NCBI GenBank assembly: GCA_016930235.1
Contig: JAFGHI010000025.1
Coordinates: forward strand, 16,437-80,436
DNA length: 64,000 nucleotides
From: Candidatus Omnitrophota bacterium
GTDB lineage: Bacteria; Omnitrophota; Omnitrophia; Omnitrophales; Aquincolibacteriaceae
Direction of reading: 5' to 3'
The position numbers and the translations under genes are program-made. Positions 47,620-57,416 of the stretch are shown piece by piece. Each line of letters starts with the position of its first letter. The stretch's first letter is position 1. The notes under the pieces are model-generated. The model did no database searches. It saw only the letters and a program-made list of their open reading frames with translations, and was not told the DNA's origin.

Positions 47620-48510
47620 TTAGGTTCGCACCGCGTAGGCAATGACCTGTCTTCCGAGATTCTGCTCGGCGAGCGATTGATAAAAACGCCTGAGTTCCCT
47701 CTGCCTACCGAGTTTCCGCATATTATTTTCAAAAGCCATTCGGCGTTCGTGGCATTGCCTTCCCAGATTTCCATCGCCAACATAGTTGTCTCCAAACAAC
47801 AAAAAAAGTTCCATCGGGAAAGAGGATTCGACAAGCCGAACCGAAAAACCTGTACCTTCAAGAAGTTTTTTTAACGAATCTGCGCTGAAGTAATTAAGAT
47901 GCCCCGGCGGAGCGACCCACCATTCCCCCAAATGATGCAGTTCTTTGGCACAAATCTGAAATACATTGAATTCGTTTGGAACGTCGATCGCCAAAACACC
48001 ACCCGGCTTAAGAACTTTCTTATAGATTTCTTCCAGAACGGTCACGGGATCAGCGAAATGTTCCAGAACGTTTAAAAGGGTTACGATATCAAAACGCTTA
48101 TCACCGAAAACCGCCATTTCTTCCATGCCCGCGGTGACGACATTCAATCCCTGTTTGCGGCCATACTCGATGGCTTCGGGCGCGGGATCAAAACCATAGC
48201 AGCTCAATCCGGTTTCCCTAAAAAAGAGCAACGCCTGTCCCCAGCCGCATCCGATATCAAGAATACTCTTTGATTTCAGTGACTCACCTAAAATATCGGA
48301 AAAAGCCTGTGTCATATCACTATAATGGCCCTGGTAAAAATCCCTGTCGCGTAATTGAATGTCTAAGGACGAATCATTAAACCGTTTGTAATCACCCGAA
48401 TAAAATTCATCAGTGTAGAATTTCGCTATTTCTTCCGCAGTTGGCGTTGGGTTGATTTGATAAAAACCGTACCGTGGATTTTTCTTCAATTGATAGGATT
48501 TTATATTCAT
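47620..48510 (-). CDS. Class I SAM-dependent methyltransferase
   Basis: ILDIGCGWGQALLFF and VLAIDVPN. Confidence 0.8.
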   Translation of the reverse strand: MNIKSYQLKKNPRYGFYQINPTPTAEEIAKFYTDEFYSGDYKRFNDSSLDIQLRDRDFYQGHYSDMTQAFSDILGESLKSKSILDIGCGWGQALLFFRETGLSCYGFDPAPEAIEYGRKQGLNVVTAGMEEMAVFGDKRFDIVTLLNVLEHFADPVTVLEEIYKKVLKPGGVLAIDVPNEFNVFQICAKELHHLGEWWVAPPGHLNYFSADSLKKLLEGTGFSVRLVESSFPMELFLLFGDNYVGDGNLGRQCHERRMAFENNMRKLGRQRELRRFYQSLAEQNLGRQVIAYAVRT

Positions 48511-48546
48511 TTCGACTCCCTTTCTCTGTTAACACAATGACCGAGC

Positions 48547-49491
48547 TTACTGTCTTCTCGGCTTGCAGTTGGTAAAAATCTCATATGCCATAAAATTTCC
48601 TCGCCAGTCGTGGTCGTCGTACATTTCAAGCGCAGCATGTGCGAGATCGTAACTTTTTTCGTCTCCATCCTTCAACAAAGGTGGCATGGGTTCCCAAAGA
48701 GAAAAACGCTTATCTTTGACCTCGAAACCGTAAGAAAGCAAATGCTTTTCTATCGTCAAAGGATTGTGCAATATCACCAGGTTTTTGTCCCGCAAGGAAT
48801 GGGCCCTGACAACCGGTTCTTCCGGATGGGTAATGAGTTGACGAAAACGAGAGACGGCTTTCTCCGGATCCACGTACTGCTCAATCGGTTTGAATGTTAG
48901 GACATTTCTTTTAAAAAAATCGACGGTATACCGGTTGAAGGACCAGACATCGAAAAGTTCATTCGTGAAGGTTACAACGAAACGGCCCGAGGGCTTCAAA
49001 ACTCTTCTGACCTTTCGGTAAAACTTCCGTTCCTCTTCCCGGTTCAAATAACGAACCAAGCCGGCCGCGGTTACAAAATCCAGGGAATTGGATCTGAATC
49101 GATCGAGAAAAGACAGATCAGCGCAAACTGCGCGCTCGGCGTTCAAATCAGATTTTTTAAGAAAGTCTTTTGCTTGTCTGATCATGTTGTCACTGTAATC
49201 AAAACCATAAGCATCATGGCCAAGTTGCAAAAGCCGTACAAGCAAATAGCCCGTTCCACATCCGACATCAACAATTCGATATTTCCTATGGTTCGAAATC
49301 GCTTCCAAAAACATTCGAAACCGGTGCATGGACTGGCGGTCTTCTTTGCGCTGGATATCCTCAAGCTGTTCCCCTTTGTAAAAATCCGCATACCATTTTG
49401 CCCAGTTATCGAACATTTTGATTTTTTGTCTCTTTTTAGCCTGACAAACGGATTTTACCTTTTTTCTATTCACTTTCGTTAATGCGCTCAT
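48547..49491 (-). CDS. Class I SAM-dependent methyltransferase
   Basis: IVDVGCGTGYLLVRL. Confidence 0.8.
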   Translation of the reverse strand: MSALTKVNRKKVKSVCQAKKRQKIKMFDNWAKWYADFYKGEQLEDIQRKEDRQSMHRFRMFLEAISNHRKYRIVDVGCGTGYLLVRLLQLGHDAYGFDYSDNMIRQAKDFLKKSDLNAERAVCADLSFLDRFRSNSLDFVTAAGLVRYLNREEERKFYRKVRRVLKPSGRFVVTFTNELFDVWSFNRYTVDFFKRNVLTFKPIEQYVDPEKAVSRFRQLITHPEEPVVRAHSLRDKNLVILHNPLTIEKHLLSYGFEVKDKRFSLWEPMPPLLKDGDEKSYDLAHAALEMYDDHDWRGNFMAYEIFTNCKPRRQ

Positions 49492-49495
49492 TAAA

Positions 49496-50233
49496 TCATC
49501 CTTTCAGATTGGTTGTATCAAATGTTGTTTTATCTGCGATATAATTTCCTGTTTTAACATAATGGGAAGCGGCTTCCCATCCGATATTAGCAATAACATC
49601 CAGAACCGACAAAAAACCGACGAATTTTTGAACATTTTTTTGAGGATATTCCCCCGGAATATAATTTTGAAATTGCAGACGGATGCATGAATGTTGAAAC
49701 GCCCCATCGTCCATGAGGTAATCACGAGAACCCAAAGGGCTCAAATATTCGTCACACGAGAAATGTCGGCAAATCGCAAGAAGCCTCTCCGAACGGGATC
49801 CCCCGATATCTAGCGCGCTTGATCTTGTAAATGTTTTCGCTAAACCAAGGCGTTCCGCAAGAGCCACAATGATCCTTATGTTCAAATCCGCCAACCGATT
49901 CGTCGAAGCATCCGCAATGATCTCAGTCACAAACGAAAATTCCTGGCCGTACGGGTGCTTGGAAAATTCTTGCGTAATGAGTCGGCAATGTTTTTCTCTC
50001 CAGCGCTGATGATCATCCAACCCTATCGTCATAATCAAGTCATTGAGGCCGGAGCGGACCGCTGGCACGGTTAGCCACTGCGGTTTCCCTTTCACAAGCA
50101 CTCGGTTGCGGTTCTGCCATGATGTTTTTTTATACTGCACGTCATCGAGGAAAACGAACGTATCCGACGATGCAATCAAATTAAAATAGCCTGCCCAAGG
50201 CAGATAAGTCGGCTGCATAATGACGCATCGCAT
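49496..50233 (-). CDS. WbqC-like family protein
   Basis: MRCVIMQPTYLPWAGYFNLIASSDTFVFLDDVQY. Typical WbqC N-terminus. Confidence 0.75.
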   Translation of the reverse strand: MRCVIMQPTYLPWAGYFNLIASSDTFVFLDDVQYKKTSWQNRNRVLVKGKPQWLTVPAVRSGLNDLIMTIGLDDHQRWREKHCRLITQEFSKHPYGQEFSFVTEIIADASTNRLADLNIRIIVALAERLGLAKTFTRSSALDIGGSRSERLLAICRHFSCDEYLSPLGSRDYLMDDGAFQHSCIRLQFQNYIPGEYPQKNVQKFVGFLSVLDVIANIGWEAASHYVKTGNYIADKTTFDTTNLKG

Positions 50234-50235
50234 AT

Positions 50236-51285
50236 TCAGTTACCTAAATGGTTGAGCAAATAATCCACAACCCGTTCAGTCCCCCTTCCGTCGACAGCCT
50301 GAAAACTCAAATCCCGCATCCGGCTTAATTGTCCGGTCTCCATCACAAATTTCCTGAACTGATTCAAAAACTCATTTTCGGTTATGGTTTCCGCGCTGCC
50401 GAAATATTCACAAAATCCGCTTTCTTTTAACCGCTTGAGGATAGGGATCTGATTTTGCGAAATCGACAGATAGGCACCGACGAGCCCCATGCACGCACGT
50501 TCCCATGTTGTCGTCCCCGGTGCGCCCACGGCCATGTTGCAAGGCAACATCGTCGATGCCATATTCTGCACGTCCTGCTGAAACCGGAATCGCGTTTCGT
50601 AAGACCTCTGCAAGCTCATGAGATCTTTCGGATAACGATAAGCTTTGCTCACTACAGCCGTTATCTCGATATCACTCAAAGATTCAAGAAGAAGCTTCGA
50701 AAAGCGGACCGTATGATTTCGTGTATCCATACCTCCAAAGAAAAGATGAATGTGGCGTCTATCCCACGTACGAGCGTTCGATCGAATGCATGCTCGTTCC
50801 TTCCGGAATTCGCTTTTCAACAAAACATATTTCGAACCAAAAAGCCCATGGCAATGTCCAGAGATCAAACCGCAGTATCTCGTACCATCTTCTCCGAACG
50901 TTGAATCAATTATGAGATCCCCTTCATGACGCCGGTTTGCGAGATCATCAATGATAATGATCTTACCGACACAATCCTTCACACGGTTTTCGCCCCGATG
51001 ATCCCATCCATAGTGATCAACAATGAGCCATTGCGCATCGCACCCTTCGCTCTCCAGTAACCGTCTGGTTTCTTCTGCATCCGCCGCCCAATTCGAAGCC
51101 GATATCAAATAAAATCGAAAGCCATGTTTCTGGAGCATTTGACTAGTATACCCTTCAGAATCATTGGTAATAAAAAAAACTTCGGCTCCGATATCTCTTA
51201 CAGCCTCTGCTAAAACCGTACAACGGATCAAATGCCCTGTCCCTATACGATTGGATGCATCGACTCTGAATGCAACCTTCAACAT
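50236..51285 (-). CDS. pseG: PseG-like UDP-sugar hydrolase (GT28-fold)
   Basis: MLKVAFRVDASNRIGTGHLIRCTVLA matches the PseG N-terminus (RADAS..IG.GH..R...LA). Confidence 0.7.
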   Translation of the reverse strand: MLKVAFRVDASNRIGTGHLIRCTVLAEAVRDIGAEVFFITNDSEGYTSQMLQKHGFRFYLISASNWAADAEETRRLLESEGCDAQWLIVDHYGWDHRGENRVKDCVGKIIIIDDLANRRHEGDLIIDSTFGEDGTRYCGLISGHCHGLFGSKYVLLKSEFRKERACIRSNARTWDRRHIHLFFGGMDTRNHTVRFSKLLLESLSDIEITAVVSKAYRYPKDLMSLQRSYETRFRFQQDVQNMASTMLPCNMAVGAPGTTTWERACMGLVGAYLSISQNQIPILKRLKESGFCEYFGSAETITENEFLNQFRKFVMETGQLSRMRDLSFQAVDGRGTERVVDYLLNHLGN

Positions 51286-52040
51286 AATGTCTCTTTGGCG
51301 CGGGACTTTGCATACCCCTCATTCCGTCCAACATGTTCGTTGATTTTCGTCATCTCAGGATGCCTCTTCAGCCAGTTGAGCACATCCTGCCAATCAAATT
51401 CCGGATTTCTGAAGTATAACGCTTCGTAAATTTTCGTGATCAACTCAAAATCCTCAGATTCGTCAACGGTCCAGCGCAAGCGTGAATAATCAATCGGCGA
51501 TTTAAAATTGCCAATTCGAAATTTCTCTTTATGATGATAAATAAAGGCCGTAACATGCTCGCGTTCTGATTTCAAGGCGGCTTCCTTCCACATACGTTTA
51601 AGACATGAATAGGTTAAAACTTCCGCATCAAGCCCGTCGGGATAGGTTGGCTCAAAAGCATTGCTTGTATAATCGTAGCCTCCACGCAAATGAAACTCGA
51701 TAATCTGATCAATCAGACCGGGATCCGCCAGAGGACAATCGCCTGTCAGACGCACGATCTGCCGCGCCTGGGTTTTCTGTGCCGCCTGATAAAACCGGTC
51801 CAGAACATCATCCAGAGATCCCCGGAAGCAATCGATGCTTTCTTTTTGACAAATTTTTTCGATTGGATCATCATCCTGGAGCTCGCTCGTCGCGACGATC
51901 AACTTGTCTATCCGGCGCGACCTTTTCAAGCGTTCAATTTGGCGAAGCAGCATGGGAACACCCAGCAAAGGTTTCAGAACTTTCTCGGAAAGCCTGCTGG
52001 ATGATGTTCTAGCCTGAAGAATACCGAGAATCATGAACAT
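51279..52040 (-). CDS. CMP-nonulosonic acid synthetase / acylneuraminate cytidylyltransferase-family protein (PseF/SpsF-like)
   Basis: ILQARTSSSRLSEKVLKPLLGVPML and RLTGDCPL. Confidence 0.75.
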   Translation of the reverse strand: MFMILGILQARTSSSRLSEKVLKPLLGVPMLLRQIERLKRSRRIDKLIVATSELQDDDPIEKICQKESIDCFRGSLDDVLDRFYQAAQKTQARQIVRLTGDCPLADPGLIDQIIEFHLRGGYDYTSNAFEPTYPDGLDAEVLTYSCLKRMWKEAALKSEREHVTAFIYHHKEKFRIGNFKSPIDYSRLRWTVDESEDFELITKIYEALYFRNPEFDWQDVLNWLKRHPEMTKINEHVGRNEGYAKSRAKETLC

Positions 52041-52079
52041 TTTCAGCTCCCCATTGAGGCACCTTCCGAAAAAACAATA

Positions 52080-53147
52080 TCAAATGTCATAGTCGGTGCA
52101 ATGTCTGCAGATCTCAATTTCTGCCATACGCCCTTGTTCATTGAGTTCGAGCAGCTTTCGTCTTTCATCGGAATTCCAGATATCGTATAGAGTCCGTTTC
52201 TGAATATTTCCCAGGCAGATCTCTCCATTATAAGCCGCATCACATGGGACAACTGAACCATCGGAACAAATGAAGCAGTCATTTCGGGAAATGCGGATAC
52301 AGTTCTTCAATTCCTTGCGCAAACGCTGTTTAGCCCCGAAAGCATTACTCGTAAAATGAACATACTCAAGCATATTGACTGAAACGATCTCGGCTTTGTC
52401 AAAATGCGCCTGAATAAAGCCATCGACTTCATATTGCGTCGCCTCCTGCTCAATCATTTGACAATGGAGAAAGGGTTTGCTGAGGATCCCGTTTTTGCCT
52501 TTCATTTTGTAAAACAGCTTCAGATTATCCTGGACAGTCTTGAAATCTCCTCTCGGAACCACCTTTTTATAGGTTTCTTCGGTAATAGCATGGGCTGAAA
52601 AATTGACGTAATCGATACACGAGCCGAGAACATATCGGATCGCTTCGGCATCGAATTTATGGCCATTCGTGCTCATCCAAATGTAGCCCAGATTCCTTTT
52701 CGTTGAAATATAGTCAACTAATTCTCTGAAATCCGGATGCAAAAGAGATTCTCCGAGGTGATATGTCGCGAGATATTCGATTCCGTATTGATCGATTTCA
52801 TCAAGAACTTTTTTGTAGAGCGCCTTATCGATATCCATACTCGCCCTTTTGAGTTCCTGGCGGGGGCACATATGGCAAAGCACATTGCAATGGCTCGTCA
52901 TTTCGAAAAGAATCCTTCGGGGAAATGTTAATCGATCTTTAAAATTCCGTTCCGGCAAAATCCGGCGGATCGGAACAACTCGAATTCCCTTTTTAGATAA
53001 TTCTTCGACATAACGAAGGTTAGCCTCTTCCTGGACCATCTGAAGTTCCTGGGTCAAATGGACCGGTTTCATTTTAAGCAATTCTTGAAAAGGCGGGATC
53101 TTCCCCTCATTGATTTTTGTATATCTTCCCAAGTCGGTAAATTCCAC
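52080..53147 (-). CDS. Radical SAM protein with a SPASM-type C-terminal Cys cluster
   Basis: CNVLCHMC (C-x3-C-x2-C), and C-terminal CFICSDGSVVPCD...CRHCTD. Confidence 0.8.
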   Translation of the reverse strand: MEFTDLGRYTKINEGKIPPFQELLKMKPVHLTQELQMVQEEANLRYVEELSKKGIRVVPIRRILPERNFKDRLTFPRRILFEMTSHCNVLCHMCPRQELKRASMDIDKALYKKVLDEIDQYGIEYLATYHLGESLLHPDFRELVDYISTKRNLGYIWMSTNGHKFDAEAIRYVLGSCIDYVNFSAHAITEETYKKVVPRGDFKTVQDNLKLFYKMKGKNGILSKPFLHCQMIEQEATQYEVDGFIQAHFDKAEIVSVNMLEYVHFTSNAFGAKQRLRKELKNCIRISRNDCFICSDGSVVPCDAAYNGEICLGNIQKRTLYDIWNSDERRKLLELNEQGRMAEIEICRHCTDYDI

Positions 53148-53181
53148 AAATTCCCTCCTAACTAATTTTTTAACTAGTTTT

Positions 53182-55014
53182 TCATAGATGAGACTGTTTC
53201 AAATGAAAAGCAATCACATCTTCCGGAGCCGCCTGCTGTCCCCTATTCAAGCAATCCCGGTAGGCTCCTTCACGATCCCCGATTGCTAACGTTTCAACGT
53301 CTTCGCACAACCGTTTAATCCAATTTGCAAGTGAACGCTTATCCTCCGCATAATGAAGCACCTGATATTTCCGATATTCGACAAGTAATGGGCTCCATTC
53401 GTCATGAAGCCAGATAACGGGTGTTCCCATCGCGAAGCCTTCGACGGCAAGGGTCGAACCATAGACGATCAGGAAATCGGCAGCCTTGGCTAATAGGAGT
53501 GGGTCATAATCCTCTACAATGATCAGCCGCTTTTCCAATTGGTGATCACTGATCCATTTCTCGCTGTAATTTCTGACCTCACAGTCCGATTTCCTTTTGA
53601 TCTTGATTAGAAATTGAACATCGGGAATTGAAGAAACCACTTGCAGCACTTCATAAAAGAATTCTTTCCATTTTTGTTCAAAAAACCTTAAACGGGAATA
53701 TTTGATCGGAGGAAATGCGATCACCGCCAATTTATTTCTACAATCGAGTTTCATATCCCGAACAACACGCTCCCGGATTTCTCTCTTATTCATATGAAGA
53801 TAAGCCGTATACCGGGTACAGCCGGACACTATAATTTTTTCTTCAGGAACTCCCCACGCTGCAAGTTTTACCTTTTGTGCAGTGCCCCAGACAAATATAA
53901 TATCGGCTGTTACTGGCGCGAATCCGCTCTTTTCTCCAAGAGCTCCGTGGCATTCCACAAAGGATCGGACACCGCAAAGACGGGCGATCTGGCACGCCGC
54001 ATTCTTGGTCGGGGCAACGTCCTCGTCCAGCAAGATTGAACGAATCGCCTTTTGACCGTTGAATAGTCGAAACAAGGCATCGATATCATAAAGGAGTTTC
54101 GGCAGCATCGGCCGGAATAACGATTCCAATCCAAGGCCTAAAAGCTTTCCTGCATCGAATCCATCAAAACCACTATTGGTAAATGGATTTTGGGTTTTCA
54201 GTCTTTCGATAAATTCCGAGGCTAAAGCCTTATATTTATGATCAGCTGAATGCTGGTAATTGTATTGATAAAATCCAAATCCTTTCAAGCGCGATTGAAG
54301 AAAAAGCCTAGGTGCTTTCACGTCGGTATAAAAAGCAACATTTCTCCAATTGAGTTTTTCAGAAACTCTGCGGACTTTCGAGAAATCTGAAAAGAGCAGG
54401 TATTCCAAAGAGCCCTGCGTCTTTGGACCGATTCTGGAAGGCCAAAAGCCTAGACCTCTTGACCAAGACATTCCATTGCCCGTCCGGTATCGATTTGTTT
54501 GGGAGGATTGGATATCGATCATCCTGGTCACCGACTTCAGCGAACTATTTTCATAAATCAACCGCGTCGGAACATTCACCTCGCTATCTTCGATGCAAAA
54601 ATCGGCGGGACCATATTTTTCCGCTATTTTCGATAATACAGCATAGCGGATTGCGAAATCGTTGGCGTAATTGAAAAGCTTTTTCTTAAAACACCAAAGG
54701 AGATCAACGCCCCGGTAAGAAAAGAATTCGCGAAATGCATTATTTTCAATCTGTTCGAGAAAAGCCTCATAAACTCGATAATAAATCTCCTGATACTGGG
54801 CCAGATCCAAATAATCACTCGGAAAAGAATCTGCGTTGTTCGGAAAAAACGAAAAAACATGATCGAAATTTTCCTTTATCTTCGGAATCCGATGCTCGAC
54901 GATCAAGATTCGATTTCGCCTATCCGTTTTCTCATTGAATGATGATTGAACCAACTCTTTCGAGCTCATCTTGTCCTCAACCTTGCTCTCCTTTAAAATT
55001 CGTTGCGAAAACAA
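53182..55014 (-). CDS. Large (610 aa) soluble protein of uncertain family inside the nonulosonic-acid block; candidate glycosyl/glycerophospho-transferase (TagF/KpsC-like or Maf-like)
   Basis: No family signature is certain. A weak resemblance of LIVYGSTLAVEGFAMGTPVIWL to TagF-type C-termini is a low-confidence guess. Confidence 0.3.
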   Translation of the reverse strand: MFSQRILKESKVEDKMSSKELVQSSFNEKTDRRNRILIVEHRIPKIKENFDHVFSFFPNNADSFPSDYLDLAQYQEIYYRVYEAFLEQIENNAFREFFSYRGVDLLWCFKKKLFNYANDFAIRYAVLSKIAEKYGPADFCIEDSEVNVPTRLIYENSSLKSVTRMIDIQSSQTNRYRTGNGMSWSRGLGFWPSRIGPKTQGSLEYLLFSDFSKVRRVSEKLNWRNVAFYTDVKAPRLFLQSRLKGFGFYQYNYQHSADHKYKALASEFIERLKTQNPFTNSGFDGFDAGKLLGLGLESLFRPMLPKLLYDIDALFRLFNGQKAIRSILLDEDVAPTKNAACQIARLCGVRSFVECHGALGEKSGFAPVTADIIFVWGTAQKVKLAAWGVPEEKIIVSGCTRYTAYLHMNKREIRERVVRDMKLDCRNKLAVIAFPPIKYSRLRFFEQKWKEFFYEVLQVVSSIPDVQFLIKIKRKSDCEVRNYSEKWISDHQLEKRLIIVEDYDPLLLAKAADFLIVYGSTLAVEGFAMGTPVIWLHDEWSPLLVEYRKYQVLHYAEDKRSLANWIKRLCEDVETLAIGDREGAYRDCLNRGQQAAPEDVIAFHLKQSHL

Positions 55015-55015
55015 T

Positions 55016-55948
55016 CTAAGACAAGGTCCACTTTCTTGGATCCGTCAAGTTGGAATCCTCGATCCGGATATCTTCTAACTCTTTCCGGATAGGGTGAAAT
55101 TCGTGGATTCGTTTGAGAGCGTTGACATTGTCAACAACTTCCGCCCTCGATTTCATTCCGATTAGCGTTGAATGAATTCCATCGCAGGTGACCGCAAAAA
55201 GCAGTGCCATTTCGCTGATGCTGAATCCTCGCTTCAAGGCAAGTCTCTCAAGGGATTTCTTGTAATCCAGCATGCCACCCAACTCGTCCGGCAATTGATC
55301 CATAGCCGCGGGAATCATTCCCTTCAAAAATACCGATCGACTGATCACGCCGATATTCAATTTCCGGAATGCCGGCAAAAATAGATCGAATGAATTATCG
55401 AAAATATTATAAGGAATTTGAATAAAATCAACTTCTTTTCCGGGATTTTTGATAATGCCCTCCACTTCCCGGGGTTCATAAACAGAAACACCGAAAAAAC
55501 GGATCCGCCCCATGTTTTTGGCCCGGTGAATTTCCTCCCAAAAAATATCCGAATCAGCCAGGCTTCCTATTGATTGGTGCAGTTGAAGAATGGGAATACA
55601 ATTCAAATCAAGCGACTCCATCGATTTTTCTATCGACTTCCAGATCCACTTTTTGAGCTTGTCTGGTTCTTGCTCCATCCCCTTTGGAATGACTTCCAGT
55701 TTTGTCGCGACAAGGAAGTCCGCATCTTGATGTCTCCTCTTAAAATTGCCGATTTTATTTTCGCTGTCGCCATAGCCCCGTGCCGTATCAATTAAATTAA
55801 TCCCCTCTGCGAGACTCGCCTCAAGCACAGCATCGGCTTCATCCTGAGATATTCGCTTCGTCAATCCGTAATCCATTCCGAATTGAACTGTTCCAAGGCC
55901 GATTATTGAAATTCGAATATCCGTTAACGGAACATGCTGGTAAATCAT
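55016..55948 (-). CDS. Aldo/keto reductase
   Basis: IGLGTVQFG...DTARGYGDSE. Confidence 0.85.
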   Translation of the reverse strand: MIYQHVPLTDIRISIIGLGTVQFGMDYGLTKRISQDEADAVLEASLAEGINLIDTARGYGDSENKIGNFKRRHQDADFLVATKLEVIPKGMEQEPDKLKKWIWKSIEKSMESLDLNCIPILQLHQSIGSLADSDIFWEEIHRAKNMGRIRFFGVSVYEPREVEGIIKNPGKEVDFIQIPYNIFDNSFDLFLPAFRKLNIGVISRSVFLKGMIPAAMDQLPDELGGMLDYKKSLERLALKRGFSISEMALLFAVTCDGIHSTLIGMKSRAEVVDNVNALKRIHEFHPIRKELEDIRIEDSNLTDPRKWTLS

Positions 55949-55955
55949 CGATTTA

Positions 55956-57308
55956 TCAATTTAACCTCATGAAACCCGAATGGCAAACGGGTCCTTCAAG
56001 GATTCTTTCAAGCGAACCACTTTTTAAACAGGCAGCGATTTTCCCAAAAACACCGTTCGCCGTTTCCAGATATCGTGTAATAATTTGGGGCGTATGAGCA
56101 TCCGATACAAAGATGACCGTTGAGGCAAGAAATCCCTTTTTCAACATTTCCTGTGTAAAAATGGTCTTAACCAAAAGAGGACTGCTTTCCTGGATGAGAA
56201 TCGTCGGAACACACGTAAGACCGCCAATTTCAATCTTCAAACCATGGCTTGAGAATATTTTTTTTAAGCCCGAACGAATTTGTTCTCCCCGCACCTGGAT
56301 ACGGTCCACAACTTGATGATTCTCGAATTGGTCAATTACAGCAAGAGCAGCTGCGAAACCAACTCGCTCGGTCCAATAAGTACTGCTGATAAATGTCCTC
56401 TGAGCTGCTTCCATAATGTCTTTCTTGCCGATCACTGCTGCGATCGGATAACCATTCCCCAGTGCTTTTCCCAGAACCACGATGTCAGGCTGCAAATCAT
56501 ACAAGACATGCATGCCACCTGTTCTTAACCGGAATCCGGATGTGACTTCATCGTAAATGAGAACGGCCCCAATACGTCTGGCAATTTTTTGCACGGCCCG
56601 CAAAAATTCAAGATCAATGTCTTTTGTCCGCTGAACCTCCATCATGATGACTCCAATATCTTCATTTTTTTTTAGGATATCTTCTAAACTCCGGATTTTT
56701 CCATAATAAAATGGAATAGAGGTTCCTTTTAAAGCCTTGGGAACCCCAATCGGTTCCAATCCCGGCAAGAGCTGCTCACGCAGATTTTCAGGATCTTCAA
56801 GATTCGCGGCTAAATACCAATCATTCCAGCCATGGTATCCGCAAAACGCAACTTTATCACGGCCCGAGAAAGCCCTGCCGATCCTGATTGCTAGCGCACA
56901 TGCCTCCCCACCTGTTCTTGCAAATCGAACCGAATCTGCCCACGAATGCAGGTCGATCAACTTTTCCGCAAGAACGACTTCTTCATAACAGTTCAAAGTG
57001 CTCATGTTTCCCAGTTTAATTGCTTGTCTGACTGCTCGGTTCACCGCCTGGTTGGCATATCCCAAAACACAACAACCCACTCCCATCAAACTCATATCAG
57101 TATATTGAACATTGTCGAGATCCCAAACCTGAACGCCCTTGGCTTTTTTGAAATAACTTGGCCAATAATCCGGCAAAAACATCTCAGGACGTTTTGAAAG
57201 TAACTGGTTTCCACCAGGAATAACCTTCTTTGCTCTACGCCATAACTCAATCCCCTGACAACTAGGCATCATACTGCCGGCTCCTTGTTTATTTTTCTTG
57301 CTCATCAA
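55956..57308 (-). CDS. Class-III PLP aminotransferase (glutamate-1-semialdehyde aminomutase-like)
   Basis: YDEVTSGFR and LGKALGNGYPIAAV (probable PLP-Lys region). Confidence 0.8.
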   Translation of the reverse strand: MMSKKNKQGAGSMMPSCQGIELWRRAKKVIPGGNQLLSKRPEMFLPDYWPSYFKKAKGVQVWDLDNVQYTDMSLMGVGCCVLGYANQAVNRAVRQAIKLGNMSTLNCYEEVVLAEKLIDLHSWADSVRFARTGGEACALAIRIGRAFSGRDKVAFCGYHGWNDWYLAANLEDPENLREQLLPGLEPIGVPKALKGTSIPFYYGKIRSLEDILKKNEDIGVIMMEVQRTKDIDLEFLRAVQKIARRIGAVLIYDEVTSGFRLRTGGMHVLYDLQPDIVVLGKALGNGYPIAAVIGKKDIMEAAQRTFISSTYWTERVGFAAALAVIDQFENHQVVDRIQVRGEQIRSGLKKIFSSHGLKIEIGGLTCVPTILIQESSPLLVKTIFTQEMLKKGFLASTVIFVSDAHTPQIITRYLETANGVFGKIAACLKSGSLERILEGPVCHSGFMRLN

Positions 57309-57416
57309 TAGCGAAATTCCCGGTTAACTGCTCCCCATACAAAAAAGAGTGAAGCATCGTTTTGTGAAAACTTTTAAGATTTCCAACAACAACTGCACCC
57401 ACCTCATCCATCGAAT

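Noticed and set aside
47583-47861. 92-aa minus ORF
   Set aside because: It is in an alternative frame overlapping the methyltransferase 3' end, and is out-competed by the supported gene.
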